Position numbers and translations under genes: made by a program
The notes under the pieces: model-generated
What the model was told of the DNA's origin: nothing
The model's input: only the letters and a program-made list of their open reading frames with translations
Databases searched by the model: none
Source of the DNA: Candidatus Latescibacterota bacterium
GTDB taxonomy: Bacteria; Latescibacterota; UBA2968; UBA8231
Assembly (NCBI GenBank): GCA_964291625.2
Contig: OZ220089.1
Location: forward strand, 576,001 to 640,000
Direction of reading: 5' to 3'
DNA length: 64,000 bases
In this document: positions 36,299-50,312 of the stretch, piece after piece
How the letters are laid out: each line of letters begins with the position of its first letter
Position numbering within the stretch: position 1 is the first letter of the stretch

Positions 36299-37348
36299 GT
36301 GAACGTCGACCGCTCCCTCCTGCTCTCCGACCTCGAACGCCTGCTGGTGGCTCACGGACCCTCCGGGGTCGAGGAGGAGGTCGACGCTCTGCTCCGTGAG
36401 ATGCTCCACTCCTGCGGCGAGATCCGTCAGGATGCCGCCGGCAGCCTGGTCCTCCACTTCCCGGGCCGCCGGAGCGGCGGCGCCGTCGCCGTCACCGCCC
36501 ACAAGGACGAGATCTGCATGATCGTCAAGCGGGTCGAGGCGGAGGGACGCCTGCGCGTGCAGCCCGTGGGCGGGCTCCATCCCTGGGCCGTGGGCGAGAC
36601 CCCGGTGGAGATTCTCGCCGACGAAGCGGTCCCCGGGGTGCTGTCCATCGGCTCCAAGCACGTCTCGGGCGAGAGCCCCGCCGGCGCCCTGAAGTCCGGC
36701 GCCGCCCTGACCTGGGAGAAGATGCACGTGGAGACGAAGCTCGACGCCGAGAGCCTGGAGCGCCTCGGCGTGCGGCCCGGGCGGCGCGTCGTCCTGGCGC
36801 GGGGGCGCAAGACCCCCATGTGGCTGGGAGAGGAGTTCCTGTGCGGCTACAACCTCGACTGCCGGGCGGGACTCGCCGTGCTCGTGGCCGCCGCGCGCCA
36901 GCTGCAGCGGGAGCCGCCGGACCGGGACGTCTACCTCGTGGCCAGCGCCGAGGAGGAGATCGGCGGACTCGGCGCCATCTGGTCGGTGGGCCAGCTGGCG
37001 GCGGAGACCGTCATCGCCCTCGACCTGGCCCCCGTGGCCGACGAGTACCAGATCGTCAACAGCGCCGACCCGGTCCTGCCCTGCAAGGATGTCTCCGGGC
37101 TCTACAGCCAACCCCTGATCGACCACCTGACGGGGCTGGCCGACGGTCTCGGCTTCGGCGTGCAGACCGCCGTCCTCACCAGCTACGCCAGCGACGCCAC
37201 CCTGGCCAAGGCCGCGGGATCGGCCGGCCGCGCCGCCTTGGTCGCCTATCCCGGCGACAACACCCACGGTTACGAGATCTGTCACGCCGGCGCCATCGTC
37301 AACTGCGCGCGGCTGCTGCTGGCCCTCCTGTACGACCCTCGGGGCTGA
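36299..37348 (+). CDS. M42 family metallopeptidase
   Basis: GPSGVE, AHKDEI, NLDCRAG, AEEEIG, LD, NTHGYE metal ligands. Confidence 0.85.
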   Translation: MNVDRSLLLSDLERLLVAHGPSGVEEEVDALLREMLHSCGEIRQDAAGSLVLHFPGRRSGGAVAVTAHKDEICMIVKRVEAEGRLRVQPVGGLHPWAVGETPVEILADEAVPGVLSIGSKHVSGESPAGALKSGAALTWEKMHVETKLDAESLERLGVRPGRRVVLARGRKTPMWLGEEFLCGYNLDCRAGLAVLVAAARQLQREPPDRDVYLVASAEEEIGGLGAIWSVGQLAAETVIALDLAPVADEYQIVNSADPVLPCKDVSGLYSQPLIDHLTGLADGLGFGVQTAVLTSYASDATLAKAAGSAGRAALVAYPGDNTHGYEICHAGAIVNCARLLLALLYDPRG

Positions 37349-37372
37349 AGACCCGACGCCGGCGGGGCGCCT

Positions 37373-38425
37373 TCAGTAGGCCCGGCGCACGAAGAACTCC
37401 AGCATCTCCCGCAGAAGGTCCCGCTCCTCCGTCGCCGGCAGTTCCTCCAGCAGGGCGCGGGCTTCCTGCCCGCGCCGGTCCGCCACCTCGGAGGCGTAGG
37501 CGATCGAGCCGTGCTCGTCGGCCATGCCGATGACGGTCTCGATCTGCTCCGGTGTGGTCTCCTCGCGGGCCGTGTGCAGGATCTCGAGAACGCAGCGGCG
37601 GTCGTCGCCGCCGCACTTGCGCAGCAGGTCGATGATGATCAGGGTGCGCTTGCCCTCGGCGATGTCGCCTCCCCGCTCCTTGCCGTAGGCCCCCGCCGTC
37701 AGGCCCGGAGCCTGGGCCGCGTCGCCGGCGGCGGACATCAGGTTCAGCAGGTCGTCGCGGATCTGGAAGGCGATGGCCATGGCCTCGCCGAAGTCGCCGA
37801 TGGCGCGCTGCTGCTCCTCCGGCGCCCCGGCGATGATCGCCCCCGCCGTGCAGGGCCCCCGCCCGGTGTACCAGCCGGTCTTCTTCCGCAGCATGGTCAT
37901 GAACTCCGCCTCGTCGGGGACCGTGCGGCTGCGGATCCAGCCGATGTCGTAGGCCTGCCCCTCGAAGGTCTCCCGGGAGCCGCGGAGCATCTCCTCGATC
38001 AGGGTCAGGGTCATCTCGCACCCGAGGAGCGGTCCGTTGGCGGCGAGCATCTCGAAGACCTTGGCGTACAGGGCGTCGCCGATGTTGATGCTCAGAGGCA
38101 CCCCGTGGAGGCGGTGCATGCAGGGCTCGCCGCGGCGCATCTCCGAATCGTCCTCGATGTCGTCGTGGAGCAGGGCGAAGGACTGGAACATCTCGAAGGC
38201 GGCGGCGGTGCGCGTGGCCCGGCGCAGATCGCCGCCGAGGGCAGCGCACGACAGCATCACCAGGGCCGGCCGGGAGCGCTTGCCGCCGCGCTCCGGGTAG
38301 ACGCGCATCGGGCCGTAGAGATACGCCTCGGGCTCGCGCGCGGGGAGGAAGGAGAACAGTTCCTCCTCCATGAGGGGGATGTAGCTCTCGAGGAAGGCAC
38401 GCAGCCGGGGGGATACGTCGGCCAT
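37373..38425 (-). CDS. Short-chain isoprenyl diphosphate synthase (GGPP synthase-like)
   Basis: GGKRSRP, FARM HDDIEDDSEMRRG, GQAYD, KT, SARM FQIRDDLLN, GKERGGDIAEGKRT. Confidence 0.9.
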   Translation of the reverse strand: MADVSPRLRAFLESYIPLMEEELFSFLPAREPEAYLYGPMRVYPERGGKRSRPALVMLSCAALGGDLRRATRTAAAFEMFQSFALLHDDIEDDSEMRRGEPCMHRLHGVPLSINIGDALYAKVFEMLAANGPLLGCEMTLTLIEEMLRGSRETFEGQAYDIGWIRSRTVPDEAEFMTMLRKKTGWYTGRGPCTAGAIIAGAPEEQQRAIGDFGEAMAIAFQIRDDLLNLMSAAGDAAQAPGLTAGAYGKERGGDIAEGKRTLIIIDLLRKCGGDDRRCVLEILHTAREETTPEQIETVIGMADEHGSIAYASEVADRRGQEARALLEELPATEERDLLREMLEFFVRRAY

Positions 38426-38438
38426 TCGGCCCCCCTCC

Positions 38439-38840
38439 CTACTGGCTCGGACCGGCCACCCGGAGGCGGGTCAGGGCCCTCAGCAGGGCTGCCCGGGCGC
38501 GGTCGGCGTCGATGTCGACCTGCGAGCTCAGCCGTTGCCGCGCCCGGTCGCGGGCGGCCTCGGCCCGCGTCACGTCGATCTCGGAGTCGTACTCGGCGGT
38601 CTCGGCCAGCACCGCGACGCCCTCGCCGGAGACCTCGACGAAGCCGCCGCTCACCGCCATGGACCGGCGCCCCGCCTCCTCCACGAAGGACAGGGGGCCC
38701 GCCGTCAGGGCCGCCACCATGGGGGCGTGGCGCGCCAGCACGCCGAAGGAGCCCTCGCTCCCGGGCGCCTGGAGGCTCGACACGGACCCGGAGAACAGGA
38801 CGCGCTCGGGGGTGACGATGCGCAGGGGGTAGTCGGCCAT
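38439..38840 (-). CDS. atpC: ATP synthase F1 epsilon
   Basis: IVTPER, GSFGVLARHAP, VSGGFVEV. Confidence 0.95.
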   Translation of the reverse strand: MADYPLRIVTPERVLFSGSVSSLQAPGSEGSFGVLARHAPMVAALTAGPLSFVEEAGRRSMAVSGGFVEVSGEGVAVLAETAEYDSEIDVTRAEAARDRARQRLSSQVDIDADRARAALLRALTRLRVAGPSQ

Positions 38841-38843
38841 GGG

Positions 38844-42642
<3,799 letters not shown>

Positions 42643-42688
42643 TCGGCTCTCTCGTTCCTGAATTGGTTGCAGTTGGCTGCGGCCGGCC

Positions 42689-43231
42689 TCAGGCGCTCAC
42701 CAGGCGGTCCCGGAGGCGTCGCAGCTGGGTGTCGACGGAGGCGTCGAAGACGATGTCGCCGACGCGGGCGACGAGACCGCCGCGGAGCGACTCGTCCACC
42801 TCGGCCCGGACGCTTACCCGGCGGCCGGTGTAGCGCGACAGGCGGCTGCCCAGGGCCTCGACCTGCCCGGGCGTCAGGGCCGTTGCGCTGCGGACCTCGG
42901 CGGTATCGACCCCGGCGCGCTCGTCGAGCATGGCCAGGGCCGCGTCGATCATGTCGGCCAGAGCATGGCTACGGCCCCGTGAGGCCACCAGGCGCGTGAA
43001 GTTGAGGGTGAGAGGCTGCACCTTGCCGGCCAGGACGGCCTCCAGCGCCTTCGACGCCGTGGCCCCGTCGGCGAGGCGGTTGCCGAGGAACTCCCGCAAC
43101 TCCCCGGAGGCGCGCAGGGTGGCCGCCAGCCCTTCCAGGTCGCGGCGCACCTCTACGGTGACACCGGTCTCCTCCGCCGCTTCGAGGAGGGTTACGCCGT
43201 AGCGCCGGACCAGCTCGGTTGCCTTGGCCAT
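42689..43231 (-). CDS. atpH: ATP synthase delta
   Basis: [36 protein letters not shown]; position between atpF and atpA. Confidence 0.9.
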   Translation of the reverse strand: MAKATELVRRYGVTLLEAAEETGVTVEVRRDLEGLAATLRASGELREFLGNRLADGATASKALEAVLAGKVQPLTLNFTRLVASRGRSHALADMIDAALAMLDERAGVDTAEVRSATALTPGQVEALGSRLSRYTGRRVSVRAEVDESLRGGLVARVGDIVFDASVDTQLRRLRDRLVSA

Positions 43232-43235
43232 CGGC

Positions 43236-43739
43236 TCAGGCGGACGGCTGCGACTGCGGCAGGCGTCCGATGAAGTCGTCGGCGAGCTTGCGGTTGCGCT
43301 CGCCATCGAGCTCGGCGTCGAGGATGGCGCCGGCGGCCTGTACTGCCATGTCGGCCGCCGCCTCGCGCAGCTCGACCAGGGCGGCGCGCTTCTCCGCCTC
43401 GATGCTCTCGGATGCCCGCTCGGCGGTCCGCTGCGCCTCCTGGCGGGCCTCCTCGACGATGCGGGCGCCCACCTGCTCGGCGGCCTCCCGCGCCTCGGCC
43501 ACGATCCGCCGCGCCTCGGACTCGGCCCCGGCGAGCCTCTCCTCGTGCTCTGCCAGCCGTGCCTCGGCCTCCTGGCGGGCCCGGTCGGCGCTCTCGAGAG
43601 AGTCGCGGATGCGTTTCTCCCGCTCGTCCAGGGCCGCCAGCAGCGGACCCCACACCTTCGCCCTGAGGATGAGGAGCACCACCGCAAAGGTGATGATCGT
43701 CCAAAGGATGAGGCCGGGATGGGGGCTGAGCAGATCCAT
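43236..43739 (-). CDS. atpF: ATP synthase Fo b
   Basis: PGLILWTIITF...WGPLLAALDERE, coiled coil. Confidence 0.93.
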   Translation of the reverse strand: MDLLSPHPGLILWTIITFAVVLLILRAKVWGPLLAALDEREKRIRDSLESADRARQEAEARLAEHEERLAGAESEARRIVAEAREAAEQVGARIVEEARQEAQRTAERASESIEAEKRAALVELREAAADMAVQAAGAILDAELDGERNRKLADDFIGRLPQSQPSA

Positions 43740-43740
43740 G

Positions 43741-43977
<237 letters not shown>

Positions 43978-44832
43978 TCAGTGTTCCGGGTGGGCGGCCA
44001 TGTTCACGAACAGGGCCGTGAGCAGCGTGAAGATGAAGGCCTGTATGCAGGCGATGAAGATGTCCAGAAGGTAGAGAGCCGCCGCCAGCGCCACCGAGGC
44101 CGGCGCCACCCAGTAGCTCTTGAGCATGATGATCATGCCCAGGAAGACGAGGATGGCGACGTGGCCGGCGATCATGTTGGCGAAGAGGCGGATGCACAGG
44201 GCGAAGGGCCTGGCCAGCATGCCGATGATCTCGATCGGCACGAGGATGATCAGCAGCGGCGCCGGCACCCCCGACGGCACCAGGTTCTTCCAGTGGCCGA
44301 AGAAGCCGTTGTTGAGGATGCCGGCCCCCTGGGCGACGGCGAAGGAGATCAGGGCGAGGGCGGCGGTGACGCTGATGTTCCCCGTCGCCGTGGCGCTGTA
44401 CGGCAGCAGGCCGAAGAGGTTGCAGTACAGGATGAAGAAGAAGACGGTGAGCAGGAACGGGAGGTAGGCGCGGCCGCCCTCTCCCATGACCGGCAGGACG
44501 ACCTCGTCGCGCAGGAAGAGGACGATCGTCTCGAGAAGGTTGGCCAGGCCCGACGGCACCAGGGCGGGGCGGCGGAAGCAGGCCAGCATGGTGAGGACGA
44601 GGAGCCCGCTCGCCAGCCACATGACCAGCACGTGGCGGGTGATGGACATGTCGACGCCGAGGATCGGCTCGGCCAGTCCGAGCGCCTCGGACAGGCCCCT
44701 CAGATCGATGTGACCGTCGAAGATGTGGTGGGCGTTGACGAAGGGCACCTCCAGGTAATCGTGGTCCAGGACGTGCCCGATTACGTCTACTTGATTGTCC
44801 GCGCCGTCGGCGGCGGACGCCTCTCCTGCCAT
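43978..44832 (-). CDS. atpB: ATP synthase Fo a
   Basis: NLFGLLP, TGNISVT, IRLFANMIAGH, IQAFIFTLL. Confidence 0.95.
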   Translation of the reverse strand: MAGEASAADGADNQVDVIGHVLDHDYLEVPFVNAHHIFDGHIDLRGLSEALGLAEPILGVDMSITRHVLVMWLASGLLVLTMLACFRRPALVPSGLANLLETIVLFLRDEVVLPVMGEGGRAYLPFLLTVFFFILYCNLFGLLPYSATATGNISVTAALALISFAVAQGAGILNNGFFGHWKNLVPSGVPAPLLIILVPIEIIGMLARPFALCIRLFANMIAGHVAILVFLGMIIMLKSYWVAPASVALAAALYLLDIFIACIQAFIFTLLTALFVNMAAHPEH

Positions 44833-44922
44833 TGACTCCACCCGGGAGTGGCCAGGGGTACTGGGAACAAGACTTGAGAAGTTGCGGAACTTGGCGGTTG
44901 GCCCTGTTGCGCGGCCGGGAGA

Positions 44923-44951
44923 AAAATGTGTGTGCCCCGAGGTCTTGTCAA
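44923..44951 (-). promoter_or_regulatory. Candidate internal sigma70 promoter upstream of atpB
   Basis: TTGACA-N17-CATTTT on minus strand in the 125-bp gap. Confidence 0.4.
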
Positions 44952-44957
44952 CAGCAC

Positions 44958-45254
44958 TCAGGGCCGCGGGGGGCGGCCGGCGCCGCGGGCCACGAGGACC
45001 ACCTCCAGGGCGAGAAAGACCAGGTAGGCCACGATCAGGCCGGCGGCGTACCCGGTCCTGTGGGTATCCGTGAACCACAGCAGAACGAGGGAGACGGCGG
45101 CCACCAGCAGCAGCCTGGCCGCGGTGCCTCCGAGGATGGCGACCACGAGGGCCCGGGGGTGCCTCGCGCCGAGGCGCAGACCGATCCAGGCGATGACGGC
45201 ACTGGCGGCGGCCACCAGGACTCCGGCCGCGGCGGCGATCCATGGATCCTGCAT
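44958..45254 (-). CDS. Small membrane protein, AtpI-like
   Basis: 3-4 TM segments, GGTAARLLL; position before atpB. Confidence 0.55.
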   Translation of the reverse strand: MQDPWIAAAAGVLVAAASAVIAWIGLRLGARHPRALVVAILGGTAARLLLVAAVSLVLLWFTDTHRTGYAAGLIVAYLVFLALEVVLVARGAGRPPRP

Positions 45255-45256
45255 GA

Positions 45257-45505
45257 TCAATCCCCTTCCTCGAGATCGTTCGGACGATCGCCGGAGACCA
45301 GGGCCCGGCAGACCTGGTAGAAGGCGGCCACGGCGCCGACGAAGGCCCCCGCGAGCAGCAGCCACGGCGACGTGTCGAGCTCGCCGTCGGCCCACCACCC
45401 GGCGGCGGCGCACACGACCACGGTCACCGCGAACTGCACGCCGAGACCGGCCAGGCGGCCGACCTCTCGAAGCGCCCCCGGCTGCCCGCCGTCCCCGGGA
45501 CTCAC
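45257..45505 (-). CDS. AtpZ/AtpI family protein
   Basis: AGLGVQFAV...GWWADGELDTSPWLLLAG; GTG start overlaps nuoN stop. Confidence 0.8.
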   Translation of the reverse strand: MSPGDGGQPGALREVGRLAGLGVQFAVTVVVCAAAGWWADGELDTSPWLLLAGAFVGAVAAFYQVCRALVSGDRPNDLEEGD

Positions 45506-46908
45506 CGGAACCCCGCCGCCGCCCCGGCGATCTCCGCCGCCCGGGCCACGGGCGCCGGCCACAGGCCCAGCAGCAGCAGCAGCCCGGCGCTCAGGAGCGC
45601 CGCCGAAAGGCTCCCCGCATCCGGCGCCGATGTCCCCGCGGTCTGCTCCCGCCCCCAGGCGACGTGGGCCGCGAAGCGGAGGAAGACCCAGGCGCTGAGC
45701 AGAGCGTTGGCCAGCAGCAGCACGGAGCCCGCCGACGGGGTCTCGACCAGACCTGCGAACAGCGCCGCGCGGGCGGGAAAGGCAGCCGTGGGCGGCAGGC
45801 CTGCGAGGGCGATGAGGCAGACGCACAGGGCGCCGCCGGCCAGCGGCTCGCGGCGGGCCAGTCCGGCCGCCGTCCCTCCCCGGGCGATGGAGCCGCTCAC
45901 CGCCAGCCCTCCCCCGAGGGCGAGGACCGCCGCCGTGAGTTGCAGCCACAGGCCGGGAGACGGGCCGGGGCCCGCCGCCAGGGCCGCCAGGCCGTATCCC
46001 GCCTGGATTACCACGCCGTACCCGAGCAGCGCCGTGAGCCTCCGCCGCCACAGGGCCAGCAGGTTGCCGGCCGTCACCGTCACCAGCGAGGCCGCCAGCA
46101 GCAGCGACGGCAGGTCCGGACGGACCTCCGCAAGGATCTCCACCAGCCGGCCCCCGACCACCAGGGCCGGCACCACGGAAACAGTCACCGTCAGCATCAC
46201 CGCCGAGGGTGCGCATCCGGCGCTGATCCCGCCCACCCAGTAGTGGAAGGGCACGACTCCGGCGCGCACGGCGAGGCCCGTCAGCAACAGACCTCCCCCG
46301 GTGACGGTCATCGCCGCGGACCCGGCGTCCATGCCCCTCGTCAGTTGTTCCCACTGGGAGGTGCCGGCTCCCGCCCACAGGCAGGCGATGCCCAGGAGGG
46401 TCAGACCCGTGGCGGCGGCCATGGGACCGGCCTGGCGCAGGGCGGCGCGGCTGGCGGCGGCGGGTCCGAGGGCGTTGCCGGCGATCAGACTCGCGGAGGA
46501 CAGCTCCAGACCGACGAACAGGACCACGAGATCCCGGGCGGAGACGGCTACCATGGCGCCCAGGACCCCCAGGGCCGTCAGGACGCCGGCCGCCGCCCGG
46601 ACACCGGCCGGGGCGGGAGAGCCCGCCGCCAGCAGGCCCGCGAGCACGGCTCCCCCCAGGATCAGCAGGTCGGCGAAGGCGGCCACCGGATCGGCGTACA
46701 GCAGTCCGTGCCGCCCCAGGGAGACGGGGTCCCAGGCCTGCAGCGACAGGGACAGGGCCACCAGCAGGCCCCCGAGGGTGAGAACGGCGGGCGCGCGGCC
46801 GGGACGACGGGGCCAGAGCACGGCGTCGAGCAGGGCCAGGCCGATGGCCAGCAGTCCCAGGCTCGTCTCCGGCGCCAGGTCCGGGCCCGCCAGGTCCGTC
46901 CATCTCAC
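45502..46908 (-). CDS. nuoN: Divergent complex I subunit N
   Basis: APETSL, DLVVLFVGLELSS, VPFHYW, GNLLAL...RLTALLGYGVVIQAGY, LAGLPPTAAF; GTGA coupling. Confidence 0.75.
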   Translation of the reverse strand: MRWTDLAGPDLAPETSLGLLAIGLALLDAVLWPRRPGRAPAVLTLGGLLVALSLSLQAWDPVSLGRHGLLYADPVAAFADLLILGGAVLAGLLAAGSPAPAGVRAAAGVLTALGVLGAMVAVSARDLVVLFVGLELSSASLIAGNALGPAAASRAALRQAGPMAAATGLTLLGIACLWAGAGTSQWEQLTRGMDAGSAAMTVTGGGLLLTGLAVRAGVVPFHYWVGGISAGCAPSAVMLTVTVSVVPALVVGGRLVEILAEVRPDLPSLLLAASLVTVTAGNLLALWRRRLTALLGYGVVIQAGYGLAALAAGPGPSPGLWLQLTAAVLALGGGLAVSGSIARGGTAAGLARREPLAGGALCVCLIALAGLPPTAAFPARAALFAGLVETPSAGSVLLLANALLSAWVFLRFAAHVAWGREQTAGTSAPDAGSLSAALLSAGLLLLLGLWPAPVARAAEIAGAAAGFR

Positions 46909-48362
46909 GGGCGGATGCCCTTCACCTGCGCGGCCGGGGCCGCCTTCACCCCCGGCTCGCCGGAGGTCGGGGGACCCGGCCGCATGCGCTCGATGACCGG
47001 CCGGGCCCCGGACAGCAGCGGCTCCGGGCGCAGACCGACGACCCCGGCGGTGACGATGAGCAGCGCCAGAACCCGGCCCAGGGCCCCGCGGCCGGACGAA
47101 ACCGGTCTCCGCGCCAGATCCACCACCGGATCGAGGAGCGCCACCGCGAGGACTCCCGATGAGAGGATGAGGAGCCAGCCCAGGCCCGGGTGGACTGACA
47201 GGACCCCCGCCACCAAGGTCAGCCAACCGGGCAAGGCCCCGCCCCCCGGGACGGCGGCCACGGTCAGACCCAGGGCCAGCCAGGCCCACGCGGTGCGCAG
47301 ACCGCCCGCTCCCCGGTCCTCGATCCACAGGGCGAGAAGGAGCAGGGAGGCGCGCGGCAGGGCGATGCCCGCGGCCAGGGCCGCGGCTCCCAGAGCCTGG
47401 AGGCTGCCTGGCGCGAAGAGACCGGCAGCCACCAGGCCGCCGGTGGAGGCCACGGCCAGGGCCGCCCGCGGGGACAGGCCGGGACGGGGCTGGACAACCG
47501 CCAGCATCGCCGTCCAAAGGGAGCTCGAGCCGGCCCACAGGACCAGCCACGTCGAGGCCGCCAGGGCTTCGGCCGGAAACAGGGCCAGCCAGAATCGCAG
47601 CAGACCGAAGGCTCCCACCGCGCACCAGGCGCCGGAGATCAGGATCCGCCCGGAGAGGGCGCCGGACGTGCACACCGGGACCAGCCAGGTATGGAACGGC
47701 ACCAGGGGGATCTGCATGGCCAGGGCCGCCGCCGCCAGCGCCGCCGCCGGCCCCCCGTGGGAGACGTCCGCGGCGGCGAGCTTGTCAACGAGGGTGCAGC
47801 CGTTCCCGGCGCCGCACAGGGCCGCGGCGGCGGCCAGCATCAGGGACCCGCTCGCCGCCCAGTGGGCGAAGCGGCGGCCGGCGCGCCCGCTGCCCGCTTC
47901 CCGGTCCAGGCCGAGGACCGCCGCCAGGGCCAGACCGGCGAGACCGTGGCCGGCGGCGGCGACCATCAGATCGCGGGTGGTCAGCACCAGGGCCATCCCG
48001 CCAGCGCCCGTCAGGGCCAGGGCCAGCCGGGCCCGGCTGGGCGCCCCCCCGAAGCGGCCCTCCACGCTCACCGCCAGCAGCAGCACCGCCGCCAGGGCCA
48101 GCAGGGCGTAGCGGTTGAGGCCGTCGATGGCCAGCGCCAGCCCGGAGCCCGTCGTCGCCAGCCACGGGGCGGTAGACCCCCAGGAGAGCTCCCGGCCGTG
48201 GGCGGCCTCCAGACATGAGAGGCCGGCGAGGAGCAGCAGACCCGCCGCGGCGGCGGTGGAGACCCTTCTTGCGGCGAGCCCCCGCAGCGGCGCCAGGGCG
48301 AGGCCCAGGGCCGCGCACAGAGGCAGCAGGACGATGCCCAGGGTCACGAAGGAGACGTCCAC
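46905..48362 (-). CDS. nuoM: Divergent complex I subunit M
   Basis: LAIDGL, PLVPFHTWL, VGAFGLLRF, VPGG; gene order. Confidence 0.7.
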   Translation of the reverse strand: MDVSFVTLGIVLLPLCAALGLALAPLRGLAARRVSTAAAAGLLLLAGLSCLEAAHGRELSWGSTAPWLATTGSGLALAIDGLNRYALLALAAVLLLAVSVEGRFGGAPSRARLALALTGAGGMALVLTTRDLMVAAAGHGLAGLALAAVLGLDREAGSGRAGRRFAHWAASGSLMLAAAAALCGAGNGCTLVDKLAAADVSHGGPAAALAAAALAMQIPLVPFHTWLVPVCTSGALSGRILISGAWCAVGAFGLLRFWLALFPAEALAASTWLVLWAGSSSLWTAMLAVVQPRPGLSPRAALAVASTGGLVAAGLFAPGSLQALGAAALAAGIALPRASLLLLALWIEDRGAGGLRTAWAWLALGLTVAAVPGGGALPGWLTLVAGVLSVHPGLGWLLILSSGVLAVALLDPVVDLARRPVSSGRGALGRVLALLIVTAGVVGLRPEPLLSGARPVIERMRPGPPTSGEPGVKAAPAAQVKGIRP

Positions 48363-48363
48363 C

Positions 48364-50043
48364 TCAGCGGCCCTCCATGCACCACAGGACCACGAGCACC
48401 ACCCCCGCGGCCAGGGCCGCCGGCCAGAGCCGCCGACTGGCGTGCTCCGCCCACGCCAGCGCCCAGCCCGCGCCGCGGAGAGCCAGGCCCAGGGCGCCCC
48501 AGGCGGCGCCGAGGACGGCGCCGTCGACGAAGGTCCACAGCCCCCGGCCCAGGGAGATGGCCGCCACGGCGACCCCCTGCTGAGCGGCGCCGGCGCCAAA
48601 CCCGCCGGCGGCAAACCGGCGCGCGGCCGAGGCCGGCCGCAGGGCCGGGTTCAGACCCCGGCGCCAGATCAGGACGGAGATCCCCACGGCCGCGGCGTTG
48701 GCCGCGGCGGCCAGTCCGAATCCGTCCAACGGGGGCGCGGGCAGGCTCATCCAGGCGAGGACGGGCAGAGCCGCGAAGACCAGCCCGGCCGAGATCGATC
48801 CGGCCGCGGTCGGGAGAGCCGGCCGGACCACCTCCTTCGCGGCGGCCCGTGGAACCGCCCCTGCAAAGGGGGCGAGGGCGAGCCGGCCCATGGCGAGGAC
48901 CGACAGGGCGAATGGGGCCAGGACGGCGGCCATCCCCGCGGGTCCGTAGCCGCCATAGGCATGCTTCAGCAGGAGTGCCTGACCCCAGAGCCCGGTGAGG
49001 GAGAGGACCGGGACCAGGACGGCGGCCAGGCACATCCACCGGGCCGCCGGCAGGGAGCCGCCCAGGCCGCCGAGCTGGTTTAGCCGCACCACCGCCGGGA
49101 GGGCGGCCCTGACCAGACCGAGGCCCGCGGCCAGGCAGAGCCGGGCGCCCAGGGCCGTGCCCAGCACCAGCCATCCCGCGATTGGATCGGCTGCGGCCGC
49201 CGCCGCCGCCAACCCGGCCTGGGCCGCCGCGATCCAACCCGGGATCCGCCGCAGTCCGCCGCTTGCCAGGGCCGCCGCCGAGGCGGCTGCGGCCGCCGCT
49301 AGGCCGACGCCGAAGACCACCTCCTGCAGGGGTCCCGCCAGTGGGCCGGACCGGGACAACAGGGATGCGCCGGCCACGGCCAGAACGCTCGCCGCGGCGC
49401 CGGAGGCCGGGCAGGACGACACCTCCAGGATCCACTGGTGGAGCGGCCAGGCGCCGAGGCCGATGACGGCGGCGAGGATGAGCAGACCTGCGGCCGGTTC
49501 CGCGTTCCAGGCGATGCCTTCGTGAGGGCCGCCTCCCGCCATTGAGGCAGCGGTTGCGGCCAGCAGGGCCACCGAACCGATTCGAGTCAGCAGCAGCAGG
49601 CGGCGGGCTCCGGCTTCGGAGACGTCCCCGGACCTGGCGGCCGTCACCAGGAGGGCGGCGACGGCGATCTCCCATCCCAGCAGCAGGGGCAGCCAGTCGG
49701 CGGCGCACGACAGCAGGACCACTCCCATGGCGGCCACCGTGACCATGGCCCGGTGGACTCCGTCGATGGCCGGCTGAGCCAGCGGATACAGCAGACCGGC
49801 GACGGCGGCGGCCCCCAGGGCAGCCGCCGCGGTCCCGTCGGCGCGCAGGCCGAACCCGAGGCTGGCGCCGCCCGCGGGACCGGCGCCGACCGCTCCCCCT
49901 GCGAACCCGGCGGCGGCAAGGCATGCGAGGAGCCGCAGAGCGTGGGCGGGCCTCGGCCGTCCGGCAAGGTCGGCGGCGGCGGCTCCGGCGAAGGCCAGGA
50001 GGACGGCGGCGAGGGCCGCACCGAGAGTCTGCGCGTCGGTCAT
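48364..50043 (-). CDS. nuoL: Divergent complex I subunit L
   Basis: LLGWE, LTRIG, WPLHQW, LNQLGGL, LTGLWGQ; gene order. Confidence 0.7.
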   Translation of the reverse strand: MTDAQTLGAALAAVLLAFAGAAAADLAGRPRPAHALRLLACLAAAGFAGGAVGAGPAGGASLGFGLRADGTAAAALGAAAVAGLLYPLAQPAIDGVHRAMVTVAAMGVVLLSCAADWLPLLLGWEIAVAALLVTAARSGDVSEAGARRLLLLTRIGSVALLAATAASMAGGGPHEGIAWNAEPAAGLLILAAVIGLGAWPLHQWILEVSSCPASGAAASVLAVAGASLLSRSGPLAGPLQEVVFGVGLAAAAAASAAALASGGLRRIPGWIAAAQAGLAAAAAAADPIAGWLVLGTALGARLCLAAGLGLVRAALPAVVRLNQLGGLGGSLPAARWMCLAAVLVPVLSLTGLWGQALLLKHAYGGYGPAGMAAVLAPFALSVLAMGRLALAPFAGAVPRAAAKEVVRPALPTAAGSISAGLVFAALPVLAWMSLPAPPLDGFGLAAAANAAAVGISVLIWRRGLNPALRPASAARRFAAGGFGAGAAQQGVAVAAISLGRGLWTFVDGAVLGAAWGALGLALRGAGWALAWAEHASRRLWPAALAAGVVLVVLWCMEGR

Positions 50044-50312
50044 GGGTGGGGCGCCTGTCCTGACTTGCCGGCAGCCTCCCGGCGGACCAGCGCCAGCACG
50101 AGGCCGGCCTGGGCCCCCGCCGCGGCGACCGCGGCGACGGCCAGCACGCGCCCCTCCCCGCCGAGGAGCGTCACCACGGCCAGCACCCCTCCGAGGATCC
50201 CCACCTGCCCGGCCACCAGCGGCGCCAGGGCATGAGGCCGGAGCAGCGCGGCCCCGACGCCGGCGGCCAGGAGCAACGCCGCCAGCGCCAGGACCCATGC
50301 GGTTGCGGTCAC
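50040..50312 (-). CDS. nuoK: Divergent complex I subunit K
   Basis: 90 aa, 3 TM, AVAAAGAQAGLVLAL; order J-K-L. Confidence 0.6.
   Translation of the reverse strand: MTATAWVLALAALLLAAGVGAALLRPHALAPLVAGQVGILGGVLAVVTLLGGEGRVLAVAAVAAAGAQAGLVLALVRREAAGKSGQAPHP

Noticed and set aside
45502-50312. Mrp antiporter or membrane-bound hydrogenase operon
   Set aside because: Order matches nuoJKLMN after nuoEFGH; the NuoD-like part has no CxxC NiFe ligands
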